Shown here in pieces: positions 53,401 to 64,000 of a DNA stretch of 64,000 bases; the first letter of the stretch is position 1, and each line of letters begins with the position of its first letter. This stretch comes from Auanema rhodensis (lineage: Eukaryota; Animalia; Nematoda): NCBI GenBank assembly GCA_964057225.1, contig OZ059899.1, positions 16,182,001 to 16,246,000 on the forward strand, in the 5' to 3' direction. The notes under the pieces were generated by a model that saw only the letters and a program-made list of their open reading frames with translations, did no database searches and was not told the DNA's origin. The translations under genes and the position numbers were made by a program.

Positions 53401-56400
53401 CTTGTGTTTTAAGAGCCAAGCTTGAGAGAAATGCTTTCATCCAAGTATGATACATTATATGATGCTTTCTAATTCAGGTGGTTTTAGGCGTTGGCACGTT
53501 TTACTCTTCTTACGGCTAAAAATGGAATGGCTGAAATGAAAGAGAAGAATATTGAAGCTATCAAACTTCTTTTGGCTATTGGCGATGAGAATGGTGATCA
53601 TCTAGAAGAAAATTGGGTTGACATAATTAAATGCATGAGTCAGTTAGAATTAGCTCAGCTCATCGGAACTGGGTTAGGAAACGGCACTAAGTTGGATCGT
53701 GATAGTAGCAAACAATGTAAGCAAATTGGTGAAAGTTTGTTGCTCATCATTATTTTGCAGATGTTATGAAGAGTACTGGGTCACTAGATGAGAGAACATT
53801 AGCATCTCTACAAGATACTTTAGGTGAAACTACATCGCAAGTTGTGGTTGTAGCATTGGATAGGTAACTCAAGTTTATAGCCCCTATATCCCACGGCATT
53901 TTTTTAGAATTTTTCATGGATCTAGTAGATTATCCGGAGACGGAATTGTCTACTTTGTTAGTGCTTTATGTACTGTGTCTAAGGAAGAGCTCAGCCAGCC
54001 AGGTGCTCCAAGAATGTTTTTACTTGGGAAACTCGTTGAAGTAATTAAATATGTAACAAGAATGCTTAACAAGTTGTATATTAAGGTTGCCTTTTACAAC
54101 ATGAATCGTATTCGTCTAGAATGGAGGCGCATCTGGGCTGTAGTAGGAGTCCACTTTGATATGGCCGGTCAGAGTTGTTGTTGATCTAATTTTTTCAATT
54201 TCATTATCTCAGGTTGTAATACTAATGAGTCAGTTGCCTATTTTTCGGTGGATGCTCTACGCCAACTGGCTATCAAATTCCTTGAGCGAGGTGAACTGCC
54301 GAATTTCCGATTCCAAAAAGATTTTCTTAAGCCATTCGAGGTATTTTTTATTTATTTTTGGTTATTCTTATTATTTGTTTGAAAGGTTATCGTCAATACG
54401 AATCGATCAGCACATACAAGAGAACTTGTTGTGGCATGTTGTAGTCATTTAGTTGAAGCTCATGCTGCAAGGTTGAAGTCAGGCTGGGTCAACTTATTCT
54501 CTGTTTGGAAAAAAGTTGCCGGTATTTTTTTACTATTGATTGTTGTGTTCATAATACCATATTAAGCTGATCCTCATGTTGATATTGTGGAAGCTGCTTT
54601 CTGTTCAGCTTCTAAGGTAGTCACACAGCACTTTGCCAAGGACTTTGCTTCAGTTTTAGATTCATTCCAAGTAAGTTTTTAGCTTATTTATTCTTATTAT
54701 GAGAAAATGTATAGGAAGCTATCAGTTGTCTTGCTGAATTTGCTTGTAACATCAACTTACCAGATATGAGTATGGAAGCTATTCGATTGATTAGGATGTG
54801 TGCCGAGTAAGTATAGCTTTCGTCGATTTGGGTTTATTATCTTGTTCAGTTATGTTGCATCCAATCAAGAGGTAATTTTGAATGCTCCTTACGAAATGCC
54901 TGGTCGTGAAACTTGGAGTGTAACGGGTGATCAGAGGATTTGGTTGCGAGGATGGTTTCCCATATTCTTTGAATTACAGTAGTTTAAGTTTTAAGCCTCC
55001 TTTATATTTCAATATATTTTCAGTACTATTATTAACCGAACGAAGCTAGATGTTCGAACTAGAAGTTTAACAGTTCTTTTTGAAATCATGAAAGTTCATG
55101 GAGAAACATATAGAGCTAGTTGGTGGAAAGATCTCTTTGCTATTGTCTTCCGCATATTTGACAAAGCGAAACGAGACGAGCGAAGTGATGTAATGTTTTA
55201 TCTTGAAAATTGAATATATAACTTCAAATATATAGAAAAGAGAATGGATGATGACTACATGCAATCATGCGTTATATGCAATTGTTGATGTTTTCACTAG
55301 GTATTTTAATGACCTCGGAGAACTTCTGTTGCCTTCTATTTATGATCAATTTACTACGTGTATACAACAACGTAAGTTGCGTTTTGAAGTTTGAGTTAGT
55401 ATATAGTTGTATTGTAGAAAACGAACAATTAGCTAGGTCAACTGTCCAATGCTTGGAAACTTTGATACTCTCTAATGGACCCGGGTTCACTGATGAGATG
55501 TGGCAAATGACGATCACTTTATTTAACAAGCTTTTCTCTGCTACTCTACCAAAATCGTTAGTTTCACCTTTTCTTTGTATTCTAAGTTTTGTTCTATTTT
55601 GTGTTTCTTTAGTCTTTTGACCTGGGAACCCGATAACGGCACTGTTCAATCTCCCACGGGAAGGGTATCTTCACCACTTAGTGAAGATGAACATGATGGG
55701 CGACCCCTTGGGTGAGGCATTTTATTTAATTTTTTGTTTTGCTTTAGTTTCTCTCTTCTCCTGTATTCTCTTATGTTTGAAACCTTTTAGATCTCCCTAC
55801 GGTGATGCTGCATTTTCGGAGCAAATAGTATTTTGTGTAATACAGTCGGAATTAGTCGATGCTGTAACATCTATTGTCCTAGGACGTAAAACAACGAACG
55901 GTACGTATAATTGCATGTAGCTTCAATCCATTTCGTTTACTATGCAGATAATGATGTAGCAAGTACTAATGGGATGACAGAACCAATAAAAAATGAAGCT
56001 GATCTAGGACTTTTTGACACAATGAGTCCTCCGTTACTTTTAAGGTAAATAATCATTTTCTATAGAGAGTATCCATTTTATCCATTTTTTTAGCTTGGTT
56101 GAAGCGCTAGCCGACAGTCAACGTTTAGCTAAACAGTTTAATGATAATAATGGACAACGTACCTTGTTGTGGAAAGCTGGAACAAGAGGATCCACTAAAC
56201 CTAACCTTATTAGGTATTTGTGCCTTGTTTTTTTTATCACATTTGTTTTTCAAGACAAGAGACACATGCACTGAGAGCAAACTTAGCTATTCTTCTAAGA
56301 CTTCTCAGGGATCCAAGATCTGAAGATGTAAAGGAGAAAGTAGCACAAGGTGTCCTAGGGTAGTTTTTAGTTTTGTTTACCTCCTGTTAACAGAATTTTT

Positions 56401-56662
56401 CAGAGTAGTGTCTGCTGCACTTGACGGTTATGGAGAAGCAGGATCTGAAGCTCGACGGGTTGCTTATTCTCCTGTTATCTGCGAATTGTTAAAAGAATGT
56501 TTGAGACTTCCCAAAGATATGCTCCCAAAACTCGGTGAAGAATTTCCACTTCGGTTGTGCCAATTAGTTGAGACTGCGGAAGGGCATCTTATGCGCAGCT
56601 TATTAGCTTCTGTACTTCAGAGATTTTTAAGGGGAGGTGCTTTTGCAGAAATAGAAACATGA
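50402..56662 (+). CDS. agef-1: BIG1/BIG2/Sec7-type large Arf guanine-nucleotide exchange factor
   Basis: N-terminal DCB domain ([31 protein letters not shown]), HUS box YVNYDCD, Sec7 catalytic motif [18 protein letters not shown]...[23 protein letters not shown], and HDS motifs [10 protein letters not shown] and [10 protein letters not shown]; more than 30 short introns. Confidence 0.95.
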
Positions 56663-57023
56663 ATGTTTAATACCACATAATGCTTCAAATTAAAAATTTC
56701 TTAAAACAGGAAAGAGTAACTTTATTTCATCCATCCTCTCTTACTTCTTCGAAACAGGAATCACATTTCTTTATGTGGTCATTTCCGAATTTCACTTTAT
56801 ACAGTAGTTTTCCTTAGCCATATCGTATTCTGATGCTTGTTGGTGGTGTAAATAACTTTCCATTATAAAACAAGAATCTATACTAATTTATTAATAACTC
56901 TTTTCATTGTGATATATTTATAAAAGGTATGACATGGTTGTTAGTTCCTAATGTGTGATCTTTTTCGCAGCTTGTTTCGTCTTTTTTATAGATTTTATAA
57001 ATATATATTTATTTACATATGCA

Positions 57024-57134
57024 AATAAAATATTTTATTAATACTCATACATGATACCTATCGGTATTTTACCGAATCATTACATCTTATTATTATTTTT
57101 ATCCCTCTTCTTACTTGTTTATTCTTCTTTTCAG
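57024..57134 (+). promoter_or_regulatory. Operon-type intercistronic region (polyA signal, U-rich spacer, trans-splice acceptor)
   Basis: AATAAA at 57024-57029 and a TTTTCAG acceptor ending at 57134, 105 nt apart, with T-rich sequence between. Confidence 0.6.
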
Positions 57135-57170
57135 GTTGATTAATCTATATCTTTTGAGTTAATCAAGAAA

Positions 57171-59138
57171 ATGGTGAGTTTTTTCTCTGTTTTACTCAGA
57201 TTAAAAACCCATTTTTAGGCAGTTTTAGGGTTTCATATTGTAATCTCTCTTATTGTTCTCACTCTTATTAATAAATTAGGTACTAGGTTATCTATTATAC
57301 AGCTTTACATCGTCAACGGGTACATCTTTAAGGTTTTTTTTTATATTTAAGAATCTTTTTTAGGCTTCATCGTTACTTAGCCCCAACGAATAATGAGTTA
57401 CGCTCTTTGTTACCGTCCTCAAAAGAGAAAGTGAATCCTCGACTTCGTAGAAGGAAACGGTAATAAATGTAAAAGAATGTGAACAGAACTTATCTACAAA
57501 TTTAAGAGAAGAGGAGGATATGTCTGGGTTTAATGTTCCTAAACAAATTCCTTTATCTCTAAATCGTGCGCCTGTCAACGAACAAGAACTTCAAAATTTC
57601 CCACTATTTACCTCAGTACATTGGCTTTCACTCTATGTACCTCTATGCCTTGTGGTAGGACATTTCGAAAGAATTCAATTTTATATTTCATCTTGTTAGG
57701 TGTATATCTTAAGTGAAGCGTTCCTTTACTTCTTTCCATCTAATGGCGATATGAACATTTCCATAATTTGGCTCTTCATTGGAGTTGCTTTTGTAATGCA
57801 GGTATAAGATTATACTATATATCTGCTCTGAAAATATAATATTAGGTTCTTGCCCGTCTCACAGCCTGGCTTATAGTGAACGAAGATGAACGTAGTCTTC
57901 TTTTAACTTTCGGAGCGTTATATTTTCTTATATCATGCATTTTTACCATGTGGTCTAATCGTTTCTTCGATGTGGATATGCTCAAAGGTGAATATTTCTC
58001 TTTGTTTTCAATGTTTTTTTTATTTTTTCACGTAACGTGAAACATACCCTGTCTTTCTGAACTCATTTTCATTTTGTTATAAAAGGGACCCGGTTGTGCT
58101 TTCATTTTGTACAATTTCAATAGTTAATTTCATCTTTTCAGCTTATGACCAGTTTGGTGTCAACATTGATAAGTTCTTGGAGGAAATGGGGAGCCCATCT
58201 GAAACCGACGGCAAATTAAAAAGCCCACTGCTATTGTAGTTTGTTATAATGAAACCTTTGATATAAACTTATTTTCAGGTACATTTCTTTATCTGTTCTA
58301 TTCTCCCTTCTATCCGCTATGCTTGTGTTCCCCAACTTTCGATATGCCAACATGTACTCTAGAGCACTCGAAGTCGCTAGTGTTCCATCAAGAATTCTTC
58401 TTCATCTCGCTTTCCTTATGCCATTGTTCACTTTAACACTCTTCCTTCACCCTGTGAAATACCACTTGATCAATGGTAAAAGACAATTGTGAGTTTTATT
58501 TCTGTTATTTAGAAAGTATTGAAGTTGTCTCTTAAGGTTCACTGAGGAATCGTATGAAATCTTCCGCATTTACACTGTTATTTTCAACCTTCTTGTTAGA
58601 ATGGTTGTACGTAGACAACATCTCCAAGTATGTCTATTCCGAGAAACCATTTTTAAAATAATTTATTTAGGCTCATCTCGATATGCCTCATGAAAAGGTT
58701 CAAGAGTTACAAAAGGAAACTGGACATGTGCGTAATACTGTTCTCCAATCATTGGTAAAAATATAGATTAGGAGTTTACTTTATGTATTTTGTTATAGGT
58801 TTTCCGTTACTACTCGTACTTCTCTGCCGTTGTGCTTCAGTATTTCTCACCTATTCTTCTTTCGTTCTTCTTTGCTCTTTTGCTGAAAACAACTGGTTTG
58901 ACTAGTTCATTGATTATTTCATATATATTTTTTTCAAATTTTAGGTGGCCTTTCTTGGATCGGACAACCTAATGAAGTAGATGTTGCTTCATCTACAGCC
59001 ACAATTGGTGCCATACGATCAATTTTTGATCAATTTATTTGCCGTTCAATATGGACCTATGCTTTAATTATAACTACTTTTATTAATTTCTCCTTATCTA
59101 TGCTTGGAGTTATGTACAACACATATTTTGCCAAATAA
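57171..59138 (+). CDS. TMEM161: Transmembrane protein 161 (TMEM161A/B family)
   Basis: ATG|gtgagt, then AVLGFHIVISLIVLTLINKLG...NGLHRYLAPTNNELR, resembling the recalled TMEM161 N-terminus (MAVLGVQLVVTLL...NGSLFRYKHPSEEELR). Also FPNFRYANMY and VFRYYSYFSAVVLQYFSP, with multiple hydrophobic segments; stop TAA at 59136-59138. Confidence 0.9.
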
Positions 59139-59432
59139 GGCGATTGGTAATTCTTTAATAGCCTTAAGATACCTCTAGTTGCTCAATATCCTCTGAAGGT
59201 GCCGTAATATTATATCCTATATTTGTGCCTGGTCATCTAGTTAGATTTCTATTTATATCTTTAGTCTTTGAATAGATTGTCTTAATTTTGTACGAATGCA
59301 CGATACCGAATATAACTCTTTCAGGTTCCTGATGATATTCTTAGAATTGTTCTTAGTCCCTTTTGAAGGTTTTAACCTTATACTTTAATTATTTATTAGC
59401 TTTATGTTTCTATAAGTAAAGATAATTTAGCA

Positions 59433-60785
59433 ATGGGTGAATGTTTGATGTACGGGTTGGACTTGGAATCCAGGAGCCTCACTAGCGTTATAGATGAGGA
59501 CTCTGTCAAGTTCCTCATTGGAACAAATAATATTAAGCTTGATAATCAGGTTGAATGCTCCGGATATGAATTTCATTTTTCCGTCTGTTGCAGATCTGTT
59601 TGTTAACAGTTGAAGATGATTATGCACGGATATCATCTCAAGCATTTACTCATCAAGCTGGTGAAGTACGAGCCATTGCTGGGTCATCAAAGAACACCGA
59701 AATCATTGCCTGCTCTTCAGCTGATTGTGAGCTTAACGAGTCACTATATTTCAATTATTTAACTGTGTGATTGAAGATCGGAACTCTGAGCCAACTTTTG
59801 CTCATCATATATATCGTATGAACATGGAAAAACGTGTTCTGGAAGAGACTGCTGTTTTGAAAATTGATTTTTCCCCAAAAAGTTTTGAATGGGAAGGTCA
59901 AACGGATTGTGGAAGTGTGATTGACAGTGAGGCGGTTACAATCTTCGATTTGAATGAAGGATTGAAGGCACGAAAACAGAATTTTATAACTTAGCATCAA
60001 TATATAGGCAGTCAGAAAACAAAAGTTAGAAGGAACAGCACATGCTCAAGCATGGAGTCCCCATAATGGAGGACGACATCTAGGAATTGCAATAGACCGA
60101 GATGTTCTTTATTTCGATTCCCGAGATTTGACCAAGTGATTAATGTATAAAACAAAAAAAATAAAATACCAGGTTCAGGCCTTCTATGAAAATTCCGGGT
60201 GCCCATTCTCACAGAACTTTGCATATGGATTTCAACCCCAATCTCCAGTTTGGGTGGGTATACAACAATTTTTCAATTGAATTCAATGATTGTTGTAGTG
60301 CTGCCACATGTGGGGACGATGGTGCAGTTCGGATTTGGGACTGGAGGAAATGTGATACAGCTTTAATGACTTTGCGTCCTCATGCTCATTGGGTCTGGCA
60401 GGTATTAGAATATTACAGTTATAGTAAGGAGTTCCGTTGTTTGAACAGGTTCGGTTCCACCCCGTTCATGATCAAATTTTGTTAACATCGGGAAGCGATG
60501 CTTGTGTAGTATTGAGTTGTGCGCAATCAGTTAGCAGTGAAGCAGATTCACTAAATTCTGAAGAGGGATGTGAAAAATTAAATGATGGAATACTTGAAAC
60601 AATAGAAGAACACGAGGAATCAGTGTATGTAATTTTTTCATTTTCATAGCAAAACGTTAAGCTTCAGATATTCTTGTGTGTGGTCTAATGGTGATCCTTG
60701 GGCGTTTGCATCTTTATCACACGATGGGCGTGTTGTTGTATCAAGAGTTAAAAGAAAACACAAATATGCCTTAATGCAATTATAA
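59433..60785 (+). CDS. eipr-1: EARP/GARP-interacting WD40 protein EIPR1 (TSSC1)
   Basis: MGECLMYGLDLESRSL...FLIGTNNIKLDNQ, MDFNPN...ATCGDDGAVRIWD, HAHWVWQVRFHPVHDQILLTSGSD, EEHEESVY...WSNGDPWAFASLSHDGRVVV. Confidence 0.92.
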
Positions 60786-61078
60786 CATAATATTATAAAA
60801 AGGTTAATTTATTTTTCAAAAATTCATAATTTATTAAAAAAATAAATAATAATGCTTATTAGTTGTTAATTTTGACAAAACAACAATAATTTTATGTTCA
60901 GTTATTATTCTAAAATTACACGTAGTTTTTTCACGCAGCCCTCTCATTCCGTTTGTGATGGACAAACAGTTCGGTTGATTTTCATTTTTTTTTCAAAATT
61001 GTTAATTTGCGTGTTGGAAAATTGGTTTAATAGTGTTCATATCAAATAGTCTTCGCAATTCAAAACGGGAGGTTGGAG

Positions 61079-62992
61079 TTAATTTTTTATTCTCGCTATC
61101 GTTGTAAATGGAACATCTGGTACGGAACGAATCCTGAATGGCATCGGCGGTTTTTCGTGTTTCTTATCTCTGGGTGGAATGACTCGACGATTTAAAACAG
61201 CGGAAGATATCTGCAATGGAAACTAATGAAATTGTTCAAAATTTATAAGCATTAAAGATTATGTAAAATAACATAGAGTACTCACTGAAGATCCATGAAA
61301 ACTAGGCTCAATAGTAATTGGTTTCAGGTCATTCTTTATTGTTGTAGTGTGATTAATGCTTCTGATTCTTTATATTATTCTAACAAAAGTATTATACTTT
61401 ACCTAAGTTTGTCAGCTTTACGGATGTCAGGAACTGACTTAACCTTGTGGATAGGTTGTAATGTCTGCTTCATCATTGCTGATTCTTTTGAACTTTTAGA
61501 TTTTAACGAACAAGCTAAAATAAGATTTTCATTTTTTCAACGCGAATACGCCAATAAATCCACATACTAAACTTCTTGTTATGATCACTTGGTCTTTTTA
61601 AAGATTTTCTTGCATGTGGTACACGTATTGTACCTCTGTTACTTTTATCTGAAATTACATTAAATAAAAAACAAAAGTTAATAGTACCTAGAACTATTTC
61701 TTGTTGTGTACCATTTAGATCTATGAAAATTTGAATAGGCTGCAACTGTGCAGGATTTGAATCTGAAACCACAAACTCGGTTACTAACGAGTACAGTACG
61801 ATATCGACCATATCCAATTTTTCTACTATTTTTCTTTTTTTTATGGGCAAGTAAGTTAGCTGACTCGTCCCACATTCCTTTGTTAGCATATTTAGAATTT
61901 GTAGCATTTAATACTGTAGGGAGAGCTGAACATAGAAGTACAAATTATGCTTTAAGTTGTAGTAACCATTTGAACGATAAGTAAATTTATTCGGAGAATG
62001 CTGTGATGGCAATGTTGGTGAAATATTATCTTAAATTTAAAATTGATTATATAATATCTTCGTATAAGCAATTATACCTATCGGTCTATACGATTGTCTT
62101 CGTTTCCCCAAATAATCAGAAGGATCGCGTAGTGGAGTGCTGGAATATATTAAGAATGTAAAATTTTAAAATAGAACCGATAACATAAATATGGAATTAT
62201 GTTGTTGTCAGTTTTTTATGTAATGAAAAAAGTTTAGTACCTAACTACATCTGTAGGTAAAGGCTGATGTGTGTATAACCTCTCTGATTCATGCAATTTT
62301 TCATCCTCTTGGCCAATGGTATAAACTTCAGCATGCCCATGTTTTGTACTTATATAAGAGTGTCTTCGTTGACTTTGAGCTGATTTCGATCTGTACCCTG
62401 AATGTCTACGACTACTGGTTATTGAGTTCGATCGAGAAGGCAAGGGAGTCCACTGATCTAAACGTCACATATTTCCAACCTTATTTTAGTTGGCAGTTTG
62501 AATAAATAATTACCGCCACATATCTTTTCCGTTCCGCAAAGGAGGTCATCTAATGAACTTCCCCAACTACTATATGGCGATGCTAAATTTGATTGATTTA
62601 ATAAAACAAAAAAAATCAGAACGTACTTGCTTTATTTAAATGTGACTGTCGTGTTCCCATATATGTGTATAAATATGCCAAGACAGCTATGCTTCCAGAT
62701 GACTTCTTGATCTCATGTGTCCATGACAACTCATGAATTTTGTCTACCTTATTGAGAAATGAATGAAGAAAGTCTTTTCTGTCTCTTGGAATAAGAAATT
62801 ATAGTTTATCATATTCAGAAGAAACATCGACTTGTTCAAAAAATATGATTTATTATCTAAATCTAAAAATAATATGATTATCCTTATTTTATCGTCTTGA
62901 AGTATGAGTCAGTTCTAGTATGGTGTGTCAACTTTATATCAACCTTTGTGTATTCGCATACAAGAGATAGTTATAACTTTTTTAATTTCCAT
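61079..62992 (-). CDS. Hypothetical basic Ser/Arg/Lys-rich protein (ends uncertain)
   Basis: Spliced frame MEIKKVITISCMRIHK/DLDNKSYFLNK/DRKDFLHSFLNKVDKIHELSWTHEIKKSSGSIAVLAYLYTY.../SPYSSWGSSLDDLL.../PLPSRSNSITSSRRHSGY... with GT-AG introns. The putative stop at 61079 is tentative. No family recognised. Confidence 0.6.
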
Positions 62993-63376
62993 GTTGTGTG
63001 TATAGTTTGAATAAAATTGTTACATGAGCAAGAGCAATACGAAGCTAGTGTTATCAATTTTGATTCAGCATAACAAGGAAACATATGAAATACAAACTTT
63101 TATTGAGAAGACGTTAGAATCCAAGTCTAACTTTCACGTGGCCGGCACGTCATCTCCTTTTTCTCTCCAGGGGGAACAACTGTGCAATGGAAACAACGAA
63201 TGGAATAAAAATGCCTAGCATGAAATACGAATGCAGAACTCATGGATCGTAAACAGTTTTAGCTATACTGCGAACTTGAAAGCTGGTAAAATTGATAATT
63301 GAAAAATGAGAGCAACCGTACTTCCGTAATTAATTGCCAACTATATTTACATGTAATTTATACAAAAAAATTTAAG

Positions 63377-64000
63377 TTAATGTTGCTCGCTGTGTAAGAA
63401 CTTGATAAAGGCAGAATAAGCTCCATCCAATTCAAAAATCATTTGTCTTGCTTCTTCATCAGTAATTTCATCAGAAGCATTCATATTAGACAAATGATCA
63501 TGCCTTAAATAATAAATATAATATCATATTGCATCACCAAATTTTCTTGATTGCATACCATTTTTTAATTTTAACACGGCCATCAAAATTATCAGGAAGC
63601 CTAGACATAGCATTTATGGAAGTGTATAACTCGTTTAGATTAGGGAATAATTCATCGACTGCTCTTACATTCAACTTAAGTTGATCGAAGAAAGTAATGA
63701 ACACCTAAACAAATATATGCTAAAACTATTAGAAAGTATTGCCATACCTCAACAATATTTGCAATATTCTTCAACAAGTTGCCCTTGTCATCTCGTACAG
63801 TTATTGGTCTTCCTTCTCTAATTCGTTCTAAAGCAGCAGGACAATGAAGACAGTACTTGGAAGCAAAAGCTTCCACATCCGTACCACGAACTAATCGCAT
63901 GGCAACCTAATTCGAGAACATCCAATTATGTGGATACGTGCTTTAGAAAAGTTACCTTGTATTGATCAAGAAGTTTAAAACATTCTGCCTGATATTCATC
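63377..64000 (-). CDS. vps-28: ESCRT-I subunit VPS28 (5' part outside the window)
   Basis: CPAALERIREGRPIT, FITFFDQLKLNVRAVDELFPNL, MNASDEITDEEARQMIFELDGAYSAF; stop at 63377-63379. Confidence 0.95.

Noticed and set aside
1-64000. Transposons, CRISPR arrays or prokaryotic systems
   Set aside because: No transposase or reverse transcriptase ORF, terminal repeats or repeat-spacer structure was seen; the sequence is spliceosomal-intron eukaryotic DNA.

Overview
Intron-rich, AT-rich nematode genomic DNA, probably from a clade V rhabditid (introns mostly 40-60 nt, TTTCAG/TTTTAG acceptors). The left block holds ndc-80 (partial, -), an astacin metalloprotease (+), an unannotated 10-exon gene (-) and nhr-6/NR4A (-). 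The unannotated gene's central ~200 aa align motif by motif, by eye, with the STING (TMEM173) ligand-binding domain, but it has no transmembrane segment. The 5' exons of nhr-6 run up to ~18.6 kb. The middle (~11.6-49.5 kb) is a gene-poor, (GA)n-rich, strongly strand-asymmetric region. It contains six perfect CRE palindromes, a 6-exon orphan gene (-), a hidden spliced 57-aa six-cysteine ORF (+) and tRNA-Thr(AGT). The right block is a probable operon agef-1 > TMEM161 > eipr-1 (+) converging on vps-28 (partial) > hypothetical gene (-). All exon structures were assembled by hand and all homology calls come from recalled sequences; no database search was run.
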